From Nitrospirota bacterium (GTDB lineage: Bacteria > Nitrospirota > UBA9217), in the NCBI GenBank assembly GCA_963740085.1, contig CAVUCU010000001.1, positions 1,248,001 through 1,312,000 of the forward strand: DNA of 64,000 nt. The letters are read 5' to 3'. This document shows, piece by piece, positions 48,996-60,623 of the stretch. The notes below the pieces were generated by a model. It did not search any database, had not been told where the DNA came from, and saw only the letters and a list, made by a program, of their open reading frames with translations. The translations under genes and the position numbers were made by a program. Each line of letters opens with the position of its first letter. Positions within the stretch are counted from its first letter, which is position 1.

Positions 48996-49085
48996 ATAGT
49001 GTGTTGCCTCCTCCACAAGGCAGGTTCACTGGCGAACCGGGCACCCGGCAGTGTTCATCCTCTGTAATCGAAAGGAGTCAGCAAT

Positions 49086-49766
49086 ATGAGAACCATCCGA
49101 TTCTTCTTCATGGTAACGATACTGTTGACGGCTGTACCCGTCATTACCGCCAACTCGATCAGTGAAGCCCAGGTTGTTCCGAAAGCCGTTCCGGAAAATA
49201 CCGCAGCCAATAACGATTATGCCGGCTCCAGCCTGCTCGACATTCCTCTCCTCTGGAAACCGACGGAAACGATCAGTGCCCTGGATGCGATCGATCTGAC
49301 GGTATTTCAAAATACAACATTCACCGTGAAACCGTTCAACGATCTGAGAAAAAAACCCTCGGAGATCGGTAAGAATGTTGAGAAAAGTTCTTTCAGCAAG
49401 ATACGCTACGTAACTACCAGGGACAATGTCGCCGCATGGTTAACAGACAGGTTCGAAAAGATTCTTGCAGAGTTTGACCTCTCTGTCGTCAAAGACGGCG
49501 GCACCCTCTTGCTTGAGGCCGATATCGTCAAATTTTACGTGACCGAAGAGTCGGTTTACAAGGCGGATATCGGCTTGAAGGTTCGGATGAGGTCAAAGAA
49601 CGGCGACGTGCTCTGGGAGGGAATGGTATCGGTCAGTTCCAATCGCTGGGGCAGTTCGTATAAGGCGGACAACTATAACGAGGCCCTGAGTAACGCCTGC
49701 ATCGATGTCGTCTACAATCTCCTGAAGAGCGATTCGTTCTTGCAGGCCGTGAAGAAGAACAAATGA
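49086..49766 (+). CDS. Secreted hypothetical protein (YajG-like fold possible)
   Basis: Signal peptide and AAGGAG RBS. Confidence 0.55.
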   Translation: MRTIRFFFMVTILLTAVPVITANSISEAQVVPKAVPENTAANNDYAGSSLLDIPLLWKPTETISALDAIDLTVFQNTTFTVKPFNDLRKKPSEIGKNVEKSSFSKIRYVTTRDNVAAWLTDRFEKILAEFDLSVVKDGGTLLLEADIVKFYVTEESVYKADIGLKVRMRSKNGDVLWEGMVSVSSNRWGSSYKADNYNEALSNACIDVVYNLLKSDSFLQAVKKNK

Positions 49767-49934
49767 GTGTTCTCTCCCTGAAAATGCCGTCTTCGCGGGG
49801 TTGAATAAATGTGCGGCCGGCAAAGGGTAAATGCTATAACGTGATTTTGATCGGATATGTTTTATCCTTTCTCAATTCATGGTGTCTTACCATGCAGCGT
49901 TGCACTTTTGTAAAAAACTTGGTAAGGAGGCATT

Positions 49935-50235
49935 ATGAGAAGGACATTGATCGCAGCGGTAGCATTGTCTCTGGTATTGGCAGTATCGGCATTCGCAGCG
50001 GATAGCGGACAGCCGGGTAATGTTCCAGGCCCGAATTTTGATCAGAGGAAGGCTGAGATTGAGAAGATGCTCGATGAGCGGATAGCAAGCCTTCAAGAGG
50101 CAAAGAATTGCATACAGGCGGCGCAGAGAATTCGACGACATCACAACTTGCAGGGAAAAGCACCGCGCAGAGATGAAGGGGATGCGAAGGGGGATGAAAC
50201 AACAGCGCGGTATGGGTGCCCCGATGGGCAGATAG
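49935..50235 (+). CDS. Small secreted helical protein; probable frameshift near 50127
   Basis: Signal peptide; the shifted frame gives CIQAAQ..FDDITTCREKHRAEMKGMRRGMKQQRGMGAPMGR*. Confidence 0.55.
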
Positions 50236-50257
50236 TTCACTGAGTAATACTGATTTG

Positions 50258-50298
50258 TTAAATAGCGGGAAGGCCGTTCGGCCGACCCGCTATTTTAA
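50258..50298 (+). terminator. Intrinsic terminator
   Basis: aaatagcggg..ggcc-gttc-ggcc..cccgctattt hairpin. Confidence 0.6.
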
Positions 50299-50653
50299 TT
50301 TAACTTGACCGGCATTAGGCATTTTCCCGTTTTTTAAAGGATAACTTAGCAGTGTAGTATAAAATATGACCGGCCTCGCCCCTGTCCTTTCTCTTCTTTG
50401 TCTTGCATTTATGAGGGGAAATGAGAGCTTATGAAAGGCAACATATTTATAGCAGGGGTAAGCGTAAGGGGTGGAACGGCGGCAAGAACCGGATAAAGTA
50501 TCAAGTTGTCGAATCGTAACCGGTTAGCACCCGTAATTTGTCGCATGAATCTGCTATTCTGCAAGCCCATCCTTTTTTAACAACAAAATCCCGAAACAAT
50601 GGGAGCGTCCTTTTCGCATAGTGTAGTATTCCCTGAAACTCACGATGGGGGAT

Positions 50654-50681
50654 TTGACTCCGCGGGAATTAGCAGTATACT
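50654..50681 (+). promoter_or_regulatory. Sigma70-type promoter
   Basis: TTGACT-N16-TATACT upstream of the Spy/CpxP gene. Confidence 0.45.
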
Positions 50682-50816
50682 TTATTTATCCCGGAGTGAG
50701 TTTGGACGATAGCCCTTTAATGCAACCTTAGTATTCCCGCGGCTTCGCGAGAGCGTCGATATGAATGCTGTAAATCAGGGTGTTTTATCACACACTAACC
50801 CCAAAGAAAAAGGAGG

Positions 50817-51347
50817 ATGATCATGAAGAAAACAGGATTGGGTATTCTGGGTATTGCGGTTATTGCTTTTCTGAGCTCAGGGGTATGGGCGCAGGGCATG
50901 GGCGGAATGGGCATGATGGACGACAATGATATGCCGATGATGGGCGGCGGATGTGGGATGGGCATGGGAGGAATGCAAGGCATGGGCATGATGGGGCCTG
51001 GCGCTTTTGATCGCCTTGACCTCACCGCAGAGCAACGGACCAAGATAAACAAGATCCGGGATGACATGAGGAAGCAGCACTGGGCGCTGATGGGGAAGAT
51101 AATGGAAGAACAGGCCAAGCTCCGGGATCTCTATGATGAGGATCTGCTGGAAGCAAAAAAGATAACCGCGGTTTCCGACGCGATCCATGCATATCGCAAG
51201 CAAATGATCGAGTCGAGGATCGATGCGTTTAACCGCATGCGCGACGTTCTTACCAAGGAACAGCGGGAGCAGCTCACCAAGTTGCGGCATGGAGGTGGGG
51301 GTATGATGGGGCCGGGATACAGGCGTGGCAACATGATGGGACAGTAG
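50817..51347 (+). CDS. Spy/CpxP family periplasmic protein with Met/Gly-rich ends
   Basis: Signal peptide; two LTxEQ motifs. Confidence 0.85.
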   Translation: MIMKKTGLGILGIAVIAFLSSGVWAQGMGGMGMMDDNDMPMMGGGCGMGMGGMQGMGMMGPGAFDRLDLTAEQRTKINKIRDDMRKQHWALMGKIMEEQAKLRDLYDEDLLEAKKITAVSDAIHAYRKQMIESRIDAFNRMRDVLTKEQREQLTKLRHGGGGMMGPGYRRGNMMGQ

Positions 51348-51530
51348 TTCATACACCTGGCTGCCGGAGAGGGATGATGCACCGGCCGGCACAATTAATC
51401 ATATGCGAGGGGCGTGGAAAGGATCGCGCCTTTTTTTTTGAAGCCCGGGCACATATTCCAATGATTGAAAAAGTCGTACTCGCTTCAAATAATTCTCAGA
51501 TCAAACGAGAAGACCATTAAAGGAGAATTT

Positions 51531-51980
51531 ATGATCTCGAAGATTCTTGTTCCGACAGATGGTTCAAAGACAGCTCAAAAGGCAGCCAGATATGCGATTG
51601 ACCTTGCAAAACAATTAAAGGCCTCGGTAATTGTCCTGAGCGTTATTGATACACGCTTCCTTATAGGTCAGACAATTACCGCGGATACCCCAAGGCATAT
51701 GATTCAGCCTGTCGAGGAATATCTACACGAGGCCGCCAAAGAGTATGCGGGAAACATAAAGACGCTCTGTGAAAAAAGCGACCTCAAAGCAAAGACTGTT
51801 ATAACGACAGGGCACCCGGTAGAGGATATCGTGAAAGAGGCCAAAAAGTCAAAGGCAAATCTCATTGTCATGGGTTCCCACGGAAGAAGCGCCTTAGCAG
51901 CCGCGGTCCTTGGAAGTGTTACCTATGGGGTAATTCATAAGGAAATGAAGGTTCCTGTGCTCATCGTGCGGAAAGGCTGA
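51531..51980 (+). CDS. Universal stress protein
   Basis: KILVPTDGS and LIVMGSHGR...GSV motifs. Confidence 0.9.
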   Translation: MISKILVPTDGSKTAQKAARYAIDLAKQLKASVIVLSVIDTRFLIGQTITADTPRHMIQPVEEYLHEAAKEYAGNIKTLCEKSDLKAKTVITTGHPVEDIVKEAKKSKANLIVMGSHGRSALAAAVLGSVTYGVIHKEMKVPVLIVRKG

Positions 51981-52102
51981 CAGTGAGGTATCGACCAAGT
52001 TTAACAGGATTTTGAAAATATATTTATTCGCCGTTGTTTGTCTCAATAGCATTTGGCTTTGACGTGGATCAGGAAATATCATTAGGGAAAGGGATCGAAT
52101 CC

Positions 52103-53209
52103 ATGAAAGCGATCGCAGTGGCCCCCGGTACCGCAGCCCTTCGTTTGGTTGACCGGCCTCAGCCGTCCGTCTCGGCGCCCGATGATATCAAACTGAAAAT
52201 ACTTCGCGTGGGCATTTGCGGCACGGACCGGGAGCAGGCAGCAGGAGGCCGTGCGCGCGCTCCCGTGGGACAAGAGGACCTCATCATTGGCCATGAGATG
52301 TTCGGCAAGGTCGCCGAGGTCGGGAAAAGTGTTTCTCGTGTCAAGACCGGCGATTATGCGGTCTTCACGGTGCGTCGGGGCTGTGGAAAATGCCTGCCCT
52401 GCGCCATGAACCGCTCGGACATGTGCAGGACGGGCGAGTATGTTGAGCGGGGCATCTGGGGAGCTGACGGCTATCAGACGGAATACGTCGTGGACAAGGA
52501 GCAATATGTCGTCCGCATTCCCCCGGAACTGGAACAGGTCGGTGTCCTGACCGAACCGCTATCCGTGGCCGAAAAGGCGATCGACGAATCCGTTCGTCTG
52601 CAGTTCGCCCGGTTGCCTGATGCGCTTGCCACACCGGATTGGTTGCAGGGACGGCATTGCCTCGTGGCCGGATTGGGCCCGATCGGGCTTTTGGCTGCGC
52701 TGGCTTTGCAACTGCGCGGTGCGGAGGTGTTCGGCCTGGACATCGTGGACGCCGCCTCTGCCCGCGCGCAGTGGCTAAAAGGTATTGGCGGACATTATGT
52801 GGACGCCAGACAGGTGCCCGCGAAGTCGGTGAACGAGGTGTTGGGACCGATGGAACTGATCGTTGAAGCCACGGGGATCGCCGTGCTGGAGTTCAATCTT
52901 CTGGACGCCCTTGCCCTGAACGGGGTTTATGTGTTGACCGGCATTCCGGGAGGCCACCGGCCGATCGAGATCGCGGGTTCCGAGATCATCAGCAGACTGG
53001 TGCTCGGCAATCGGGTAATGATCGGGAGTGTCAATGCCGGCCGTGACCACTACCAGATGGCCGTTGACGACCTTATGACTGCCCGCCTGCAATGGGGTGG
53101 TCATCTGGACCGTCTGATCACGAACCGCTATTCCCACACCGAGTTCGCTGCGGCCTTTGAACACCATGATGAGAGCGAAATCAAGACAGTGCTGGAATGG
53201 GAAACGTAA
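52103..53209 (+). CDS. Zn-dependent (MDR) glucose 1-dehydrogenase
   Basis: GICGTD, GHE, TVRRGCGKCLPC, ERGI, EPLSV and GSVNA motifs. Confidence 0.8.
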   Translation: MKAIAVAPGTAALRLVDRPQPSVSAPDDIKLKILRVGICGTDREQAAGGRARAPVGQEDLIIGHEMFGKVAEVGKSVSRVKTGDYAVFTVRRGCGKCLPCAMNRSDMCRTGEYVERGIWGADGYQTEYVVDKEQYVVRIPPELEQVGVLTEPLSVAEKAIDESVRLQFARLPDALATPDWLQGRHCLVAGLGPIGLLAALALQLRGAEVFGLDIVDAASARAQWLKGIGGHYVDARQVPAKSVNEVLGPMELIVEATGIAVLEFNLLDALALNGVYVLTGIPGGHRPIEIAGSEIISRLVLGNRVMIGSVNAGRDHYQMAVDDLMTARLQWGGHLDRLITNRYSHTEFAAAFEHHDESEIKTVLEWET

Positions 53210-53273
53210 CCGTGATGGTCATGCTCAGCCTCAGTGTTAGTTCCCGTTTCATATTTCCCGGAGAACATAAAAG

Positions 53274-54662
53274 ATGCCGCGCGCACCCGCCGCTGATCAC
53301 AAAGCAGGAACGAACAGGTTCGTCTATATCGCCGCCGCGATCTCGGCACTCGGCGGCATGCTCTTCGGCTACGACACCGGCGTGATATCGGGCGCCATCC
53401 TCTTCATCCAGCAGGACTTCGCGCTCTCACCGACGCTTGAAGAGGTCATAGTCAGCACCGTCGTGTTCGGGGCAATGCTCGGCGCTGCTGCGGGCGGCAC
53501 CTTGACGGACCGCTTCGGACGGCGCATCGTACTCATCGTGACCGCAGCACTCTTTGCCCTGGGCGCCGTGGGTACTGCCCTGGCTCCCACGATCGCCTGG
53601 CTGATCGTTGGTCGGGTTATCGTCGGCATCGCCATCGGTGTGGCTTCCTTCACGACGCCGCTCTACATTTCCGAGATCTCTCCCGTCTCGCTGCGCGGTC
53701 GGTTCGTCTCGTTCAACCAGATTGCGCTGACAAGCGGCATCGTTATCGCATACCTCGTGGATTATGCGTTGTCCGGCACGCGGGGATGGCGCTGGATGTT
53801 CGGTCTGGCCGCGGTCCCGTCAGCCCTGCTGGGAATAGGAATGGTGTTCATGCCTGAAAGTCCGCGCTGGCTCGTGAGCCACGGACTGCTGGACAAGGGA
53901 CGTTCCGTGCTTCAGCGCATCCGCGGAACAGCCTCTGTTGATGATGAAGTTAAAGACATCCGCCAAAGCTCCGCAGAGCAGAGCGGCAGCTGGGCCGAGC
54001 TGACAAGCCACTCGCTCAGACCGGCGATGATTGTCGGCATCGGCCTGGCCCTGTTCCAGCAGGTGACGGGCATCAACACGGTCATCTATTACGCGCCGAC
54101 CATCTTTCAATCCGCAGGGTTCACGTCCACATCAGTCGCTATTCTTGCCACAACAGGCGTCGGCGTCGTCAATGTGTTGATGACCGTGGTTGCGCTGCTG
54201 CTTTTGGACCGCGTCGGACGGCGGCCGCTTTTGCTGACCGGCATGGCCGGCATGGTCATCAGCCTGGCAATGCTCGGCACTGCCTTCCTGTTTCCTCACC
54301 TGCGGGTCCTCAAGTGGTTTTCCGCGGGAAGCCTGATGCTCTACGTGGGTTCTTTCGCCGTGGGTCTCGGACCGGTTTTCTGGCTGCTGATCTCGGAAAT
54401 ATATCCAGTAAAGATCCGCGGCCTGGCCATGAGCATCGCCACGGTTGCCAACTGGGGGGCTAACCTGCTCGTTGCGCTGACCTTTCTCACTCTTATTCAG
54501 TTTTTGGGGCGGCCGGGAACGTTCTGGTTATACGCCCTGGTGGGCATCGGGGCCTGGATATTCGCCTTTGTCCTGGTGCCGGAAACGAAAGGACGGACCC
54601 TGGAAGAGATCGAGGCGCATTGGCGTGGTGGCAAACATCCCAGGGAAATGGGGAAGAGATAA
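53274..54662 (+). CDS. Sugar porter family MFS transporter
   Basis: FGYDTGVISG, DRFGRR, PESPRWL, QQVTGIN and PETKG motifs. Confidence 0.92.
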   Translation: MPRAPAADHKAGTNRFVYIAAAISALGGMLFGYDTGVISGAILFIQQDFALSPTLEEVIVSTVVFGAMLGAAAGGTLTDRFGRRIVLIVTAALFALGAVGTALAPTIAWLIVGRVIVGIAIGVASFTTPLYISEISPVSLRGRFVSFNQIALTSGIVIAYLVDYALSGTRGWRWMFGLAAVPSALLGIGMVFMPESPRWLVSHGLLDKGRSVLQRIRGTASVDDEVKDIRQSSAEQSGSWAELTSHSLRPAMIVGIGLALFQQVTGINTVIYYAPTIFQSAGFTSTSVAILATTGVGVVNVLMTVVALLLLDRVGRRPLLLTGMAGMVISLAMLGTAFLFPHLRVLKWFSAGSLMLYVGSFAVGLGPVFWLLISEIYPVKIRGLAMSIATVANWGANLLVALTFLTLIQFLGRPGTFWLYALVGIGAWIFAFVLVPETKGRTLEEIEAHWRGGKHPREMGKR

Positions 54663-54826
54663 TCTTTGGCCGCGGGACGCGGGTGCGCGACGCACCGTGC
54701 TCTCTCTATGACCAGAGCAATTGAGGGTTGTCAGGAGATCCTTGAGATGGCCATTCTGAAGAACGTGAAAAGGCTTCTCAAGCGAATCCTTTCGTCAAAG
54801 AACAACAGCGATGGTGGAGGTTGAAA

Positions 54827-56233
54827 ATGGCAGCTCTCAATTCGGATGCGTTTGTTTTTTTCGGCGCGACCGGTGATCTGGCACATAAGCAGATATTCCC
54901 TGCGCTTCATGCGATGATCCGGCAAGGACATCTTGACGTTCCTATTATCGGTGTGGCAAAGTCGGGATGGGACTTCGAAAGATTCAAGGAACACGCCAGG
55001 GACGGCATCGAGAAGCACGGCGGGGTGAATGCAGAGGCCTTTAAAAAACTCTGCTCCCTGTTGCACTATATTGACGGCGACTATCATGACGACGCGACCT
55101 ATGAGTTGTTGCACAAGGCTCTCAGAGATGCCGGACGGCCACTGCACTACCTGGCGATCCCGCCGAGCATGTTCACCGCCGTGGTCGAAGGACTCGCCAA
55201 ATCGGGCTGCGCTCAAAATGCCCGCGTCGTTGTCGAGAAGCCGTTCGGGCGCGACCTCGCTTCGGCACAGGCGCTCAATCAAACCCTTCAGCGGATCTTC
55301 CCCGAATCGGCGATCTTTCGGATAGACCACTTCCTCGGCAAGGAACCGATACAGAACCTGCTCTATTTCCGTTTTGCCAACTCGTTTCTGGAACCGATCT
55401 GGAATCGAAACTATGTGGAGAGCGTGCAGATAACCATGAGCGAAAGTTTCGGTGTGGAAGGCCGCGGTCGTCTTTATGAGGAACTGGGCGCCATTCGTGA
55501 TGTGGTGCAGAACCACATGCTGCAGATCATGGTCCTGCTCTCCATGGACGCGCCGAACAGCAGCGATCCGGAAGCAACACGCGACGAAAAGATGCAGGTC
55601 CTCAGGGCGATACGGCAACTCACCCCTGAGGACGTCGTTCGGGGCCGATACCGCGGCTACCGGGACGAGAAGGACGTGGCGCCCGATTCCCCGGTTGAGA
55701 CGTACGCAGCGGTACGGCTTCATATCGATAGCTGGCGCTGGGCGGACGTACCATTTTATATCCGGGTTGGGAAGCGGCTGCCGTTCACGGCCAACGAGGT
55801 GCTGGTCCGACTTAAACGTCCGCCGCATGCGGTCTTTGATGAGATCAGGGAGGGCCAGTCGAACTTCTTACGTTTCCGCCTCAGTCCCGACGTTTTTATC
55901 CTGCTTGGGGCGCGGACCAAGGTTCCGGGAGAATCCATGGTCGGCGAAAAGGTAGAGTTGTTGGCGTGTCAACACTTCGTCAAGGAAATGTCGCCCTATG
56001 AGCGTCTGCTCGGCGATGCCATGCGGGGCGACGAATCCCTTTTCGCCCGCAAAGATGCTGTCGAAGCCGCCTGGCGCGTTGTCGATCCGATCCTTGAAAA
56101 CGTGACGCCGGTCCATGAGTACGAACCGAACACCTGGGGACCGGCTGAAGCGGAACAGCTCGTTGCGAACAACGGTGGTTGGCACGATCCGACACAGGCG
56201 AATGCGGTCGGCTTCTGTCGTGGTCTCCGATGA
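54827..56233 (+). CDS. zwf: Glucose-6-phosphate dehydrogenase
   Basis: [21 protein letters not shown] and RDVVQNH motifs. Confidence 0.92.
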   Translation: MAALNSDAFVFFGATGDLAHKQIFPALHAMIRQGHLDVPIIGVAKSGWDFERFKEHARDGIEKHGGVNAEAFKKLCSLLHYIDGDYHDDATYELLHKALRDAGRPLHYLAIPPSMFTAVVEGLAKSGCAQNARVVVEKPFGRDLASAQALNQTLQRIFPESAIFRIDHFLGKEPIQNLLYFRFANSFLEPIWNRNYVESVQITMSESFGVEGRGRLYEELGAIRDVVQNHMLQIMVLLSMDAPNSSDPEATRDEKMQVLRAIRQLTPEDVVRGRYRGYRDEKDVAPDSPVETYAAVRLHIDSWRWADVPFYIRVGKRLPFTANEVLVRLKRPPHAVFDEIREGQSNFLRFRLSPDVFILLGARTKVPGESMVGEKVELLACQHFVKEMSPYERLLGDAMRGDESLFARKDAVEAAWRVVDPILENVTPVHEYEPNTWGPAEAEQLVANNGGWHDPTQANAVGFCRGLR

Positions 56234-56313
56234 TCTCGTCGTTCGGCTTGTTTGCCACGAATGGATTGCATTGTTCAGGCTTCGCCTGACAGCATATTCA
56301 CAAGAGTAAATTC

Positions 56314-56997
56314 ATGACATTGCAAAACGAAGTTGTGTTCCTGTTCGACGTTGACAATACGCTGCTTGACAATGATCGAGTGGTAAGCGACCTCCGACGC
56401 CATATTGACGACGAGTTCGGGGCTGAGACCAGTGCCCGCTATTTTTCCATCTTGGAAGAGCTGAATTCAGAACTCGGCTACGCCGATTACCTGGGTGCTT
56501 TGCAGCGCTACCGCCTCGAAGACGTATGCGATCCGCGGCTGCTGACGATGTCTTCGTTTCTCGTCGACTATCCGTTTGCCGACCGGTTGTATCCGGGCTC
56601 GCTCGATGCCCTTGAGCACGTTCGCGCCTGGGGGCCAACGGTCATCCTGTCCGATGGCGACGTTGTCTTCCAGCCGCGCAAAATTCAACGATCGGGACTG
56701 TGGGGAGCGGTCAACGGCCGTGTTCTCATCTACGTCCACAAAGAACGCATGCTGGCCGACATAGAGAAGCGCTATCCGGCGCGACATTATGTCATGGTAG
56801 ATGACAAGCTGCGAATTCTCGCAGCCATGAAGAGGAGCTGGGGCGGCCGGTTGACGACGGTCTTTCCCCGCCAGGGCCACTACGCGCTCGACCAGAGAAA
56901 TCTCGACACCTATCCGGCGGCGCAAATGAACATTGAACGGATCGGCGATCTCATCCAGTACGATCGGGCCGCGTTTCTGGGCAGCGGGAGATCGTGA
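56314..56997 (+). CDS. HAD family hydrolase
   Basis: FDVDNTL, SDGD and VDDK motifs. Confidence 0.85.
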   Translation: MTLQNEVVFLFDVDNTLLDNDRVVSDLRRHIDDEFGAETSARYFSILEELNSELGYADYLGALQRYRLEDVCDPRLLTMSSFLVDYPFADRLYPGSLDALEHVRAWGPTVILSDGDVVFQPRKIQRSGLWGAVNGRVLIYVHKERMLADIEKRYPARHYVMVDDKLRILAAMKRSWGGRLTTVFPRQGHYALDQRNLDTYPAAQMNIERIGDLIQYDRAAFLGSGRS

Positions 56998-57024
56998 TCT
57001 GAATTCGACAAAGGAGGAATTGTC

Positions 57025-58047
57025 ATGAAGAACGAGAACGAACTGCAGTCGACCATCGATCAGATGGTCCAGCGAGGCAAGGGCATCCTTGCCGCTGACG
57101 AGAGCCATCCGACCATCGCCAAACGGTTCAAGGCAATCGGCGTAGAATCGACCGAGGCCAACCGGCGGTCCTATCGCACGCTCCTGTTCACGACGCCAGG
57201 CGCCGCGGAATTTATCAGCGGAGTCATTCTCTTCGAAGAGACCTTGGGCCAGGCCGCGGATGACAAGACGCTGCTGCCCGAGGTGCTGTCCCGCCAGGGC
57301 ATCGTGCCTGGCATCAAGGTGGACAAGGGGAAGGTCCCCCTGGCCAACGCGCCCGGAGATGAGGTCACCCAGGGCCTGGACGGTCTTGCTGAACGCCTCA
57401 GAACATACAAATCACAGGGCGCGCGCTTTGCAAAGTGGCGCGAGGTGTATTCCATCGGCCCGCAGAATCCCACCCGCCTCGGCATCAAGGCGAACGCCGA
57501 AATGCTGGCGCGTTACGCGGCCGTCTGCCAGGAGGAGGGTGTCGTTCCCATTGTCGAGCCGGAGGTGCTGATCGACGGCGACCACACCCTGGAGCGATGC
57601 TTCGAGGTCACCGAGGCGGTGCTGCACGCGGTGTTCCATGCACTGCACCGGCACCGGGTGGTCCTGGAATATACGGTCCTCAAACCGAGCATGGTATTGC
57701 CCGGCAAGGGGCATCCTCCCAAGGCAGGACCCGAGCAGGTGGCCGCGGCGACGGTCAAGGTGCTCCGCCGCACGGTCCCCGCCGCGGTGCCGAGCATCAA
57801 TTTCCTGTCCGGCGGCCAGGGGCCGGCGGAAGCAACAGCCAACCTGAACGCCATGAACGCCCTGTTCCCGGCTTCTCCCTGGGAGCTTTCGTTCTCCTAC
57901 GGGCGGGCCCTGCAGGAGACCGCGCTGCAAGCGTGGGCCGGAAAAGTGGAGAACGCGGCTGCCGCTCAGCAGGCCTTTTATCAGCGCGCCAGGCTGAACG
58001 GCCTGGCACGGCTCGGCAAATACTCCCCGGATATGGAGCAGACATGA
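57025..58047 (+). CDS. Class I fructose-bisphosphate aldolase
   Basis: GILAADES, IKVDKG, AKWR, PIVEPE, LKPSMV and FSYGRAL motifs. Confidence 0.92.
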   Translation: MKNENELQSTIDQMVQRGKGILAADESHPTIAKRFKAIGVESTEANRRSYRTLLFTTPGAAEFISGVILFEETLGQAADDKTLLPEVLSRQGIVPGIKVDKGKVPLANAPGDEVTQGLDGLAERLRTYKSQGARFAKWREVYSIGPQNPTRLGIKANAEMLARYAAVCQEEGVVPIVEPEVLIDGDHTLERCFEVTEAVLHAVFHALHRHRVVLEYTVLKPSMVLPGKGHPPKAGPEQVAAATVKVLRRTVPAAVPSINFLSGGQGPAEATANLNAMNALFPASPWELSFSYGRALQETALQAWAGKVENAAAAQQAFYQRARLNGLARLGKYSPDMEQT

Positions 58048-58176
58048 CAGGCCCTGATGCGCCATAAACAGAGGCGCCGCAGCTTGAAGACGGCGGCGTC
58101 AAGAAATTCGAATTGCCATTCGACAGGCTGATGGATACTTAACAAGAAAGTCATCAGGATAATTAAAGAGAGAACG

Positions 58177-59872
58177 ATGGAAGTAAGCCCTTATGCAGGA
58201 AAACTTGCCGAACCAGTGATGCTGGTCAACGTGCCCAAGCTTGTCACGGCCTACTATACGAATGTGCCCGATCCTGAGGTCGCTGAACAACGGGTTGCGT
58301 TCGGCACCTCAGGACACCGCGGTTCTTCGCTCGAAAAGGCCTTCAACGAGTGGCATATCCTTGCCATTACGCAGGCCATTTGTCTGCACCGCAAGATGCA
58401 GAAGATAGAGGGTCCCCTCTTTCTCGGAATAGACACCCACGCGCTCTCGGTCCCTGCCTTTGCCAGTGCACTGGAGGTCCTGGCGGCCAACAAGATGGAT
58501 GTCATGATCGCGGAAAGGGATGAATATACACCGACCCCCGTGGTCTCTCACGCGATTCTCACTTACAACCGCGGCCGCAGGACGGGACTTGCCGACGGCA
58601 TCGTGATCACCCCCTCGCACAACCCGCCTGACAGCGGCGGCTTCAAATACAACCCTCCGAACGGCGGGCCGGCTGACCCTCAGGTGACGAGCTGGATCGA
58701 GGCGAAGGCGAATGAGTTGATCAAAGACGGCCTCAGAGAGGTGAAAAGGATTCCCTTCGAGAAAGCGCTTCGCGCAGACACGACGCACCGGCATGACTAC
58801 CTCGATGCGTATGTAAACGATCTGGGCAACGTGATCGACATGGAGGCCATTCGCGGCTCGAAGATCAGCCTTGGCGTGGACCCGCTCGGCGGGGCCGGAG
58901 TACACTACTGGGGGCCCATTATCGAGCGGTACGGCTTGAATCTCACGGTCGTGAATGACGCCGTTGATCCGACATTTCGTTTCATGACACTTGATTGGGA
59001 CGGCAAGATCCGAATGGACCCCTCTTCACCCTATGCGATGCAGAAACTGATCGGTCTGAAGGACCGTTTCGATATCGCCTTCGCCTGCGACACCGATGCT
59101 GACCGGCACGGGATCGTCACCGAGAAGCACAGGCCTGCTTCCGCCCAATCACTATCTTTCTGTCGCCATCTTTTACCTGTTCCAGCACCGGCCGAAATGG
59201 CCCAGGGAGGCGGCAGTGGGAAAGACCGTGGTGAGCAGCCGGATGATCGATCTCGTTGCTGCGAAGCTTGGCCGGAAACTCTACGAAGTGCCTGTCGGTT
59301 TCAAGTGGTTTGTCGACGGCCTGCTCAACGGATCTCTCGGGTTTGTCGGCGAGGAGAGCGCGGGCGCATCTTTTCTCCGTCTCGACGGCACGGTATGGAC
59401 GACGGACAAAGATGGAATCGTCCCTGCCCTGCTTTCTGCCGAGATCACGGCACGGATGGGCCGTGACCCCGGCGAGATCTACCGTGAGCTTACGCGCGAT
59501 TTCGGCGAGCCGGTCTACGACCGGGTCGAGGCGCCTGCAACCCCGGAGCAGAAAGAGGCGCTGAAAAGACTTTCTCCAAACCGGATTAAATCCACCGATC
59601 TTGCCGGGGAGAAGATCCAGACCATCCTTGCCCAGGCACCGGGCAATAACGAGCCCATTGGTGGTCTAAAGGTCATTGCACAGAACGGATGGTTCGCGGC
59701 TCGGCCGTCAGGGACCGAAGATATCTACAAGATCTACGCGGAGAGCTTCCGTGGAAAGGAGCACCTGCGCCGCATCCTGGTGGAAGCGCAGACGATCGTC
59801 AACGAGGCACTGACATCGGCGCCACAGCGGTCTGGATTTGCAAACAAATTAAATTCGGAGGGAAAATCATGA
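58177..59872 (+). CDS. pgm: Phosphoglucomutase; frameshift near 59121
   Basis: [14 protein letters not shown] and DTDADRH in one frame; GEESAG and RPSGTE in the next. Confidence 0.9.
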
Positions 59873-60384
59873 GCGAGCAAAAAGGAACAGATACAAATTT
59901 AGAATCCTTGATGGAGAAGCTGGCAAGCAATGACGGCGTGATCCGGCAGAAAGCACGGGAAGCGTTGGTGGATCTGGGCAAACCCGCCGTATCTTCCCTC
60001 ATCCAGGCTTTACAGAATCCCAAGCTGGATCAAGTTCGATGGGAAGCGGCCAAAGCGCTCGGTAGTATCAACGATACCAGATCAATACCACCATTGGTGA
60101 AAGCGCTCGAAGACAACAACTCCGACGTGGCATGGACGGCTGCAGACGCATTGAAAGCGTTCAGAAAAGCCGCTTGGCCGCCATTATTACAGGCGTTGAT
60201 CAAAAGCAAGTCGGAATCCGTGTCGTTGCGCAAGGGGGCGCACCATGTTTTGGTGGACCAGAAAGAGGATGGATTCAACGAATTGCTCGCGACGCTCCTC
60301 AAGGCCCTGGAGTCCAGCAGTGCTCCGGAATCGTCAGCAGTAGCGGCCCATGACATCCTTAAAAAAATGAACGTTAAAGTATGA
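59869..60384 (+). CDS. HEAT repeat protein
   Basis: [10 protein letters not shown]...[10 protein letters not shown]; start overlaps the pgm stop (ATGA). Confidence 0.8.
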   Translation: MSEQKGTDTNLESLMEKLASNDGVIRQKAREALVDLGKPAVSSLIQALQNPKLDQVRWEAAKALGSINDTRSIPPLVKALEDNNSDVAWTAADALKAFRKAAWPPLLQALIKSKSESVSLRKGAHHVLVDQKEDGFNELLATLLKALESSSAPESSAVAAHDILKKMNVKV

Positions 60385-60623
60385 GCACGTATTCATGCAC
60401 AAGCAACAGCCGCGGATTCCGGTCGGGCCAAAACTGAAGGTTGTCGAGGAAAGAGAGACGATGCAATTGTTATGTCCCGCTGGAAACGACATCGCGCGAG
60501 TCTGAGGGTATGACATGTGCTTCAACACGGATCTCGTGCTACACTTTAATAAAAAGAGAAGTCATTTGTTAACAAGGTGCTCACAAAAGCGAACGCAGGC
60601 AGAGGGGCTTGGAAGGAAAAGCT

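Noticed and set aside
50524-50550. CIRCE/HrcA operator (ttagcacc...)
   Set aside because: The right arm GAGTGCTAA is absent, and the site is not upstream of htpG.
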